In this document: in pieces, positions 58,447 to 64,000 of the stretch
How the letters are laid out: every line of letters starts with the position of its first letter
Position numbering within the stretch: the first letter of the stretch is position 1
NCBI GenBank assembly: GCA_965250285.1
Contig: OZ252299.1
Location: 4,020,368 to 4,084,367 of the forward strand
Direction: 5' to 3'
From: Myxococcota bacterium
GTDB taxonomy: Bacteria > Myxococcota_A > UBA9160 > UBA4427
DNA length: 64,000 nt
Made by a program: the position numbers and the translations under genes
Notes under the pieces: generated by a model
What the model saw: the letters and a program-made list of their open reading frames with translations, nothing else
Database searches by the model: none
Told to the model about the DNA's origin: nothing

Positions 58447-58869
58447 TCAGCGTGCGGGACGGAATCGAGGCACGGCGAGATCGTCGCTCATGTCCTCCCA
58501 CACCACCTCGACGGGCATCCCGATCTCGATGTCGTCTGGCTCGACGTTCACCAGGTTCGAGATGATGCGGAGGTCGCCCGAATCCTCGAGGGCGATCACG
58601 GCGATCACGAAAGGCAGCTTCATGTCGCCGGCCACCGGACGATGGACGGTCGTGAAGGTGTAGACCTCGCCGCGCCCCGAGACCTCGTGCCACTCGGCGC
58701 CGTCGTGCCGGCACGCGGGACAGATCGGCGCGGGCGGAAACCGGGTCTGCCCACAGGCGGTGCAGCGTTGGACGACCAGGCGGTGCTCGGCGGCCTGCTC
58801 CCACCAGCCGATGGTCGTGGTGTTGGCCAGCGGCGGCGGCATGCTGTCGGGAAAGAATCGCTCGCTCAT
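58447..58869 (-). CDS. Zn-ribbon/OB-fold protein (DUF35/ChsH2-like)
   Basis: QRCTACG...PPAPICPAC, SGRGEVYTFT, IGMPV, PRFRP. Confidence 0.92.
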   Translation of the reverse strand: MSERFFPDSMPPPLANTTTIGWWEQAAEHRLVVQRCTACGQTRFPPAPICPACRHDGAEWHEVSGRGEVYTFTTVHRPVAGDMKLPFVIAVIALEDSGDLRIISNLVNVEPDDIEIGMPVEVVWEDMSDDLAVPRFRPAR

Positions 58870-58879
58870 CTTCGACTCC

Positions 58880-60106
58880 TCACTTCTTTCCGAGCACAAC
58901 GGCGCTCGACGGCACGCACGCGCCGCTCGTCACCAGGCAGACCTCGGCGCCATCGACCGGGCTCGTGCTCTCGCCGCGCAGCGACCGCACGCCCTCGACG
59001 ACGTGATTGAGACCGTGGATGTAGGCTTCGCTCAGACTTCCGCCATGGGTGTTGGTCGGCATGCTTCCGCCCTGCCACGCCAGAGCGCCGCTCTCGATGT
59101 ACGGCCCGCCCTCGCCGCGCTTGCAGAAGCCGTAGTCTTCGAGCTGCATCAGCACGCAGCCGGTGAAGTGGTCGTAGATCTGTGCGACGTCGACGTCGCC
59201 CGGCCCCACCCCCGACTTCGCCCACAGCCGATTCGCCATCTCTTCACAGCCGCCCGTCGCGTAGATCTCGTCGGCCACGTTGGCGTTCGTGAAGGGACCG
59301 AACCCGTAGCCCTTCGGCGCCCCCTGCTCGCTGCCGAGAATCTCGACTGCCGGCTTCGCCAGATCGCGAGCGCGCTCCTCGGTGGTGATCACGACCGCGC
59401 AGGCGCCGTCGCTCTCGAGGCAGCAGTCGAAGAGGCGATGCGGGTCGGCGATCATGGGCGATGCGAGGTAGTCGTCCATCGTCATCGGCTTGCCGCCCAT
59501 GACGGCGCGGGGGTTGCGGCTCGCGTGCTCGCGGAAGGTCACGGCGAGCGTCCCCAGCTGTTCTTCGGTCGTCCCATAGAGGTGCATGTGCCGGCGCGTC
59601 GGCAGCGCGTACGCGGCCGCGGCCATCAGCAGGCCGTACGGCATCGCGAAGCCCATCGAGGTCAGCAGCATCGAGCTGGCCGACTGCACCGTGGGCGGCG
59701 GCGGATCACCGGCGGGCGCCATCTGGTCCATGCCCGCGTTGCCAAAGCGAAAGAACTGCCCCTGACAGAGTGAGCGGTAGACCACGACGACCTCGGCCTG
59801 GCCGGTCTCGACGGCCATGGCCGCATTGCCGATCGCAGCGCAGCCGCCCCCGCCGCCCGGGAGCCACACCATGTTCGCGTAGCGCAGCGCGGGCAGGCCG
59901 AGCTCGGCCGCGAGAAAGACCGCCTCGTTTCGATCCTCGGCGAACGAGGCCAGGCCGTCGACGTCGTCCGTCGAGAGACCCGCATCCTCGACCGCGCGCG
60001 TGATCGCCTGCAGCGCGAGAGCGTGCTCGCTGACGTCGCCGATCTTTCCCCACCGCGCATAGGCGCTCTCGCCGACGCCGACGATGTGGGCCTTCGAACC
60101 GCTCAT
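58880..60106 (-). CDS. Thiolase-fold lipid-transfer protein (Ltp2-like aldolase)
   Basis: GGGGGC, HASRNPRA, DCCLESDGA, IYDHF, NTHGGSLSEAYIHG. Confidence 0.88.
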   Translation of the reverse strand: MSGSKAHIVGVGESAYARWGKIGDVSEHALALQAITRAVEDAGLSTDDVDGLASFAEDRNEAVFLAAELGLPALRYANMVWLPGGGGGCAAIGNAAMAVETGQAEVVVVYRSLCQGQFFRFGNAGMDQMAPAGDPPPPTVQSASSMLLTSMGFAMPYGLLMAAAAYALPTRRHMHLYGTTEEQLGTLAVTFREHASRNPRAVMGGKPMTMDDYLASPMIADPHRLFDCCLESDGACAVVITTEERARDLAKPAVEILGSEQGAPKGYGFGPFTNANVADEIYATGGCEEMANRLWAKSGVGPGDVDVAQIYDHFTGCVLMQLEDYGFCKRGEGGPYIESGALAWQGGSMPTNTHGGSLSEAYIHGLNHVVEGVRSLRGESTSPVDGAEVCLVTSGACVPSSAVVLGKK

Positions 60107-60227
60107 CCCGTCTTCCTCCGCTGCGACCCCGCGGCGCAGAGCACGCTCGCCGGGGCGCACCATTCTAGTGAACGCCGTGGCACCCGCGGCGATCCCTGAC
60201 TGAATGAGCCACCAGATTCAGCGGCCA

Positions 60228-60270
60228 AGAAAAGGAAACGCCCGCCCCGGCAGACCGGAGCGGGCGTTTC
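60228..60270 (-). terminator. Intrinsic terminator after thiolase
   Basis: GAAACGCCCGC...GCGGGCGTTTC stem followed by CTTTTCTT on the minus strand. Confidence 0.75.
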
Positions 60271-60292
60271 GGATCGCGCGTGACGCGTGGGA

Positions 60293-61474
60293 TCAGCTGA
60301 AGATCTCGAAGAGACCCGCGGCGCCCTGACCGCCACCGATGCACATCGTGACGACGCCCCACTTGGCCTTTCGGCGTCGCCCTTCGAGCAGCAGATGACC
60401 GGTGCAGCGCGCGCCCGTCATGCCGAAGGGATGACCGATCGAGATCGAGCCGCCGTTCACGTTGTACTTGTCGTTGTCGATCCCGAGCTGATCGCGGCTG
60501 TAGAGGCACTGGCTCGCGAACGCCTCGTTCAGCTCCCACAGATCGATGTCATCGACGCGTTTGCCGGCACGATCGAGCAGGCGCGGTACGGCGAAGACCG
60601 GGCCGATGCCCATCTCGTCGGGCTCGCAACCGGCCACTGCGAAGCCGCGGAACGCACCGAGCGGCTCGAGGCCGCGACGTTCGGCCTCCTTCGCCTCCAT
60701 CATCACGACCGACGCCGCACCGTCGCTCAGCTGCGACGCGTTGCCGGCCGTGATGAAGTTGCCCTCGCCGCGCACCGGCTGCAGCTTCTGCAGCCCCTCG
60801 AGCGTGGTGCCCGGGCGGTTGCACTCGTCCTTCGTGACGGTGTAGTCGACGATGCTCTCTTCGCCCGTCTCCTTGTCCTTCACCATCATCTTGGTGTCCA
60901 TCGGGACGATCTCGTCGTCGAAGAGACCGGCTTCCTGCGCCGCGGCCGTGCGCTGCTGGCTCTGCAGCGAGTACTCGTCCTGATACTCACGGCTCACCTT
61001 GTAGCGCTCGGCGACGATGTCGGCGGTCTCGATCATCGGCATCCACAGGCCGGGGTACTGCTTGTAGAGCTCCTCATCGACCATGTGCGGGAACTTTCCG
61101 CCGAGTGAGAGCGTGATCGACTCGACGCCCGCCCCGACGACGATGTCCTCGCCGTCGACGATGATGCGACCGGCTGCCGTGGCAATCGCGTTCAGACCGC
61201 TCGAGCAGTGCCGGCTCACGACGACGCCCGTGGTCTCGATGGGGCAGCCCGCCTTCATGGCCGCGATGCGACCGACGTTGTTGCCGCTCGTGCCCTGGGG
61301 CGTGCCGACGCCGAGGACGACCTCGCTCACCTCGCCCGGGTCGATGCCCGCGCGCTCGATCGAGTGCTTGATGGCATGGCCGGCCATGGCCGGGGTGCCG
61401 GTGTTGTTGAAGCCACCGCGGTGGCTCTTGGCGAGCCCGGTCCGGGCGGTCGATACGATGACGGCTTCGCGCAT
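60293..61474 (-). CDS. Acetyl-CoA C-acyltransferase (thiolase)
   Basis: RHCSSG, ELNEAF, NGGSISIGHPFG, MCIGGGQG. Confidence 0.95.
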   Translation of the reverse strand: MREAVIVSTARTGLAKSHRGGFNNTGTPAMAGHAIKHSIERAGIDPGEVSEVVLGVGTPQGTSGNNVGRIAAMKAGCPIETTGVVVSRHCSSGLNAIATAAGRIIVDGEDIVVGAGVESITLSLGGKFPHMVDEELYKQYPGLWMPMIETADIVAERYKVSREYQDEYSLQSQQRTAAAQEAGLFDDEIVPMDTKMMVKDKETGEESIVDYTVTKDECNRPGTTLEGLQKLQPVRGEGNFITAGNASQLSDGAASVVMMEAKEAERRGLEPLGAFRGFAVAGCEPDEMGIGPVFAVPRLLDRAGKRVDDIDLWELNEAFASQCLYSRDQLGIDNDKYNVNGGSISIGHPFGMTGARCTGHLLLEGRRRKAKWGVVTMCIGGGQGAAGLFEIFS

Positions 61475-61794
61475 GGGGGACGTTCTCCTGGTGCGGGTGG
61501 GGGGCGGTTCGCCCTCGGGACCCGTGAAATGGGCGCCCGATGTCGGGGTCGCCGTTTCGAAAGGACAGGGCCGGGGAGCGTAGCAGCCAGGATCGGCGCG
61601 CAGTGGCCGGTGCGTTTCCGCCGCGGGCCGTTCGCAAGGGCCTGAGTGGGACGCTCAGCCCGTCGCATCCGCGCCCACAGGTGGCGTCTCAGCAAGCCGA
61701 CCGAGGTGATCCGGTCGTCGCCGGGCCACACCGCGTGTAGAGTTGCGCCGATCTTTCGGTCGCGCTCCCAGGTGACCGCTCGAGCGAGGGCCCC

Positions 61795-62328
61795 GTGACT
61801 TCACCCGAATCATCGAACACGAACGGGGCTCGCTGGATCGCGCTGGCGGTGGGCGTGCTCGTGATCGCTGCGGGCATCGCCTGGCTCGTCGGCGCGCGCG
61901 ACGAGCAGCTGCCCCGAGCCGCCGAGAAGACGCGCGCCGAGACGACCCCGACCGCAGCCGCCGAATCGGGCACCTCGATGCCAGATGCGACGCCAGAGCC
62001 CGCCGGCGCGGCCCAACCGGCCGCCGTCATCACCGACAAGGGTCGGCTGACGGTCGTCCTGGCCGACCTCGCCGAGGGCGAGGTCGCGGCGGTCGGCCTC
62101 GACATGCCCGATGACGTGCGCGGCGAAGGGCCCCGGCCGACGAAGATCGTCGACGTCTCGCGCCAGCGGATGCTCGAGCTCGAGGCCCAGCCGATCAGCG
62201 GCTCGGGCACGGGCGTACGACTCGAGATCGATCCCGAGTGGCTCGAGCCGGGGCAGTACATGATCCAGGTCGACACCGCACCGACGACGCACTTCCCAGT
62301 ACGGCGCTACGTCCTCGAGGTCCGGTAG
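61795..62328 (+). CDS. Membrane-anchored hypothetical protein
   Basis: Single TM, Pro/Ala/Thr linker, beta-rich C-terminus (LEPGQYMIQV). Confidence 0.6.
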   Translation: MTSPESSNTNGARWIALAVGVLVIAAGIAWLVGARDEQLPRAAEKTRAETTPTAAAESGTSMPDATPEPAGAAQPAAVITDKGRLTVVLADLAEGEVAAVGLDMPDDVRGEGPRPTKIVDVSRQRMLELEAQPISGSGTGVRLEIDPEWLEPGQYMIQVDTAPTTHFPVRRYVLEVR

Positions 62329-62420
62329 ACGCGCTCACCACGCGAGAGGCCCCGCTCGCACAACGCGAACGGGGCCCCGGTCTTCCTCGACGGGCTTCTT
62401 GGGCGGACCGAACCGCCGAC

Positions 62421-64000
62421 TCAGGCCTGCTGCGACGCCAGCACCCTGCGACCGGCGAGTGCGAGGGCACCGCCGAGCACGAGGAACCCGACGCCGGGCA
62501 GCACCGGCACGACGTTGCCCACGCCGGGGAAGTCGGCGGGGTCGTTCGGGTCGTGGCCCTGAGCGATCTCTTCGTCGTCGTCGAAACCGTCGCCGTCGCT
62601 GTCGGCGAGGGCCGGGCTCGTCCCCGTGTCGTTCCCGTCGACGAAGACACCGGTGCCCGTCTCGACGCCATTCGGCAGCGTATCGCCGTCGCGGTCGACA
62701 CCCATGCGCGTGCCCGAGCCCGGCGGCACGGCGGTGTACGTCAGCGTCTGGCCGGCGCCCGCTCCGTTCGCCTTGGCGCGAAGCGCGGCCTCGGTGATCG
62801 CGGGGCCGTTGTCGTCGGGCAGGTAGGTGCCGTCCGCGAGCCGCACGTAGCCCTTCTCGACCCCACCCTCGACGGTCTTCACGACGACGTCGCACTCGGT
62901 GGTGGTTCCGCCGAGGATCTTCGAGTCGAAGGCCGCCCCGGCGCGCGCGTCGATCAGATCGATGCGGTCGTTCACGTCGGTGACGCCGAAGTTCGCCGGT
63001 GAGATCGTCACCTGCTGACCCACGATCGGCGCGATGTCGGTATCGGACGCCAGCGTGAACGCTTCGAGGTCGCGACGCTCGTTCACGGTCACGTCGAAGA
63101 CGCTCGCGCCCAGAAAGTCGAACACCGTCGGCACCGAGCCGTCGTGCAGGATGCCCGTGCCGCGCACCTCGTCGTTGCCCGAGTTGAACATGCCGATCTT
63201 CTGATAGACGTTGCGGATGTGCGGCACCTTGAAGTGCTGGGTCTCGCCCTCGAAGCTCTCCTCGCCGCCCGTGCCGTAGAAGCCATTCACGGGGTCGAGG
63301 TTGTGACAACCGTCGCAGTCTTCGACCGTATCCGTTGCGTTGGCGTCCAGCTGTGCGCACTCGGTCGTGCCCGGTCCGCACGAGAACCACTTGTCCGATC
63401 CGTCCTGCTCCTCGCTCGTCAGCGAGTTGTCGAGGCTCCGAATCGGGTTCGGCGGCAGCTGCACCTGCAGAATGAAGTCGGTGAACGCCTGCATGTCGGC
63501 ATCGGCGATCAGCCCCTCGTGACCGATCAAGCCCTCGAAGGCCACGATGAAGTTGTTGAACGAGAGCTCCTCGTCGCAGGGTGCCTCGGTCTGGTTGCCC
63601 ACCTGCGAGTAGCCCGGCGTGTTGCACGGGTCGGTGCCGAAGTGGCCGTCGACGCGGTCCCCGCGCCAGTGCATGCCGCCATGCGTGCTCATGCCACGCA
63701 GCGTCTGCGTCGTCATCGGGCCCTTCATCGGGTGAAAGGGCTCCGTCGGCTCGACCACCTGCAGCACCGGATCGGGCTGCGGCTGGTTGTTGATCCCCAC
63801 GCCCCCGTCCGGGTCACCCAGATTCCAGGCCAGCGAGTCGAAGTCGCCGAAGATGTGGCAGCTCGCGCACGACGCTTCGCCGTTGCCCGACGTCTCGACC
63901 GCGTCGTAGAGAAAGCGTCGACCGTCGACCACCGAGGCCGGCTCGGGGTTGTGCAGCGCGTGGACGGCCGTCGTGAGGCCCGTCCCCAGGTCGATCACCT
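62421..64000 (-). CDS. Di-heme c (peroxidase-superfamily-like) surface protein, C-terminal part, with CTERM-type anchor
   Basis: CASCH and CDGCH heme motifs, FKVPHIRN, LHDG, DxDGD repeats, VPVL + TM + RR tail; 5' end is outside the window. Confidence 0.8.
   Translation of the reverse strand, partial: VIDLGTGLTTAVHALHNPEPASVVDGRRFLYDAVETSGNGEASCASCHIFGDFDSLAWNLGDPDGGVGINNQPQPDPVLQVVEPTEPFHPMKGPMTTQTLRGMSTHGGMHWRGDRVDGHFGTDPCNTPGYSQVGNQTEAPCDEELSFNNFIVAFEGLIGHEGLIADADMQAFTDFILQVQLPPNPIRSLDNSLTSEEQDGSDKWFSCGPGTTECAQLDANATDTVEDCDGCHNLDPVNGFYGTGGEESFEGETQHFKVPHIRNVYQKIGMFNSGNDEVRGTGILHDGSVPTVFDFLGASVFDVTVNERRDLEAFTLASDTDIAPIVGQQVTISPANFGVTDVNDRIDLIDARAGAAFDSKILGGTTTECDVVVKTVEGGVEKGYVRLADGTYLPDDNGPAITEAALRAKANGAGAGQTLTYTAVPPGSGTRMGVDRDGDTLPNGVETGTGVFVDGNDTGTSPALADSDGDGFDDDEEIAQGHDPNDPADFPGVGNVVPVLPGVGFLVLGGALALAGRRVLASQQA

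Noticed and set aside
60200-60221. CTGAAT-N10-ATTCAG palindrome upstream of the ltp gene
   Set aside because: Only 6-bp arms and no adjacent regulator; too weak to call.
1-64000. Prophage, defence system, integron, tRNA/rRNA, selenocysteine or programmed frameshift
   Set aside because: No integrase, nuclease, reverse transcriptase, structural RNA signature or interrupted conserved gene seen by eye.

Overview
High-GC, gene-dense bacterial chromosomal segment with about 60 protein-coding genes. I found no rRNA, tRNA, CRISPR array or intact transposase. The host is diderm, since it encodes a TonB-dependent receptor, a PagL-like barrel and lipoproteins. The gene mix suggests a Myxococcota/Binatota-like organism, but that is inference. 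Content is dominated by lipid, steroid and aromatic catabolism: SDRs, an acyl-CoA dehydrogenase pair, thiolases, an Ltp2-like/DUF35 pair, a P450, Rieske, FAD- and 2OG-dependent oxygenases, and three TetRs with visible operators. The most unusual items are: (1) a DWARF27 (D27) beta-carotene-isomerase-like Cys protein coupled to a 71-aa CxxC protein and followed by a duplicated-domain 9-Cys lipoprotein; (2) a four-gene exported-protein operon built around an M48 homolog whose zinc motif is degenerate (REIAH); (3) a folE-BLUF-helical protein cassette with TnnACA-type upstream repeats; (4) a TetR that appears to start at ATT; (5) a MITE-like element, a 4x23-bp tandem repeat and a structured leader before the TonB receptor; (6) a sigma54 glnII promoter with a repeat array. 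All family calls come from motifs recognised by eye; no database search was run. Many start codons were moved from the ORF track using RBS and gene-overlap evidence.
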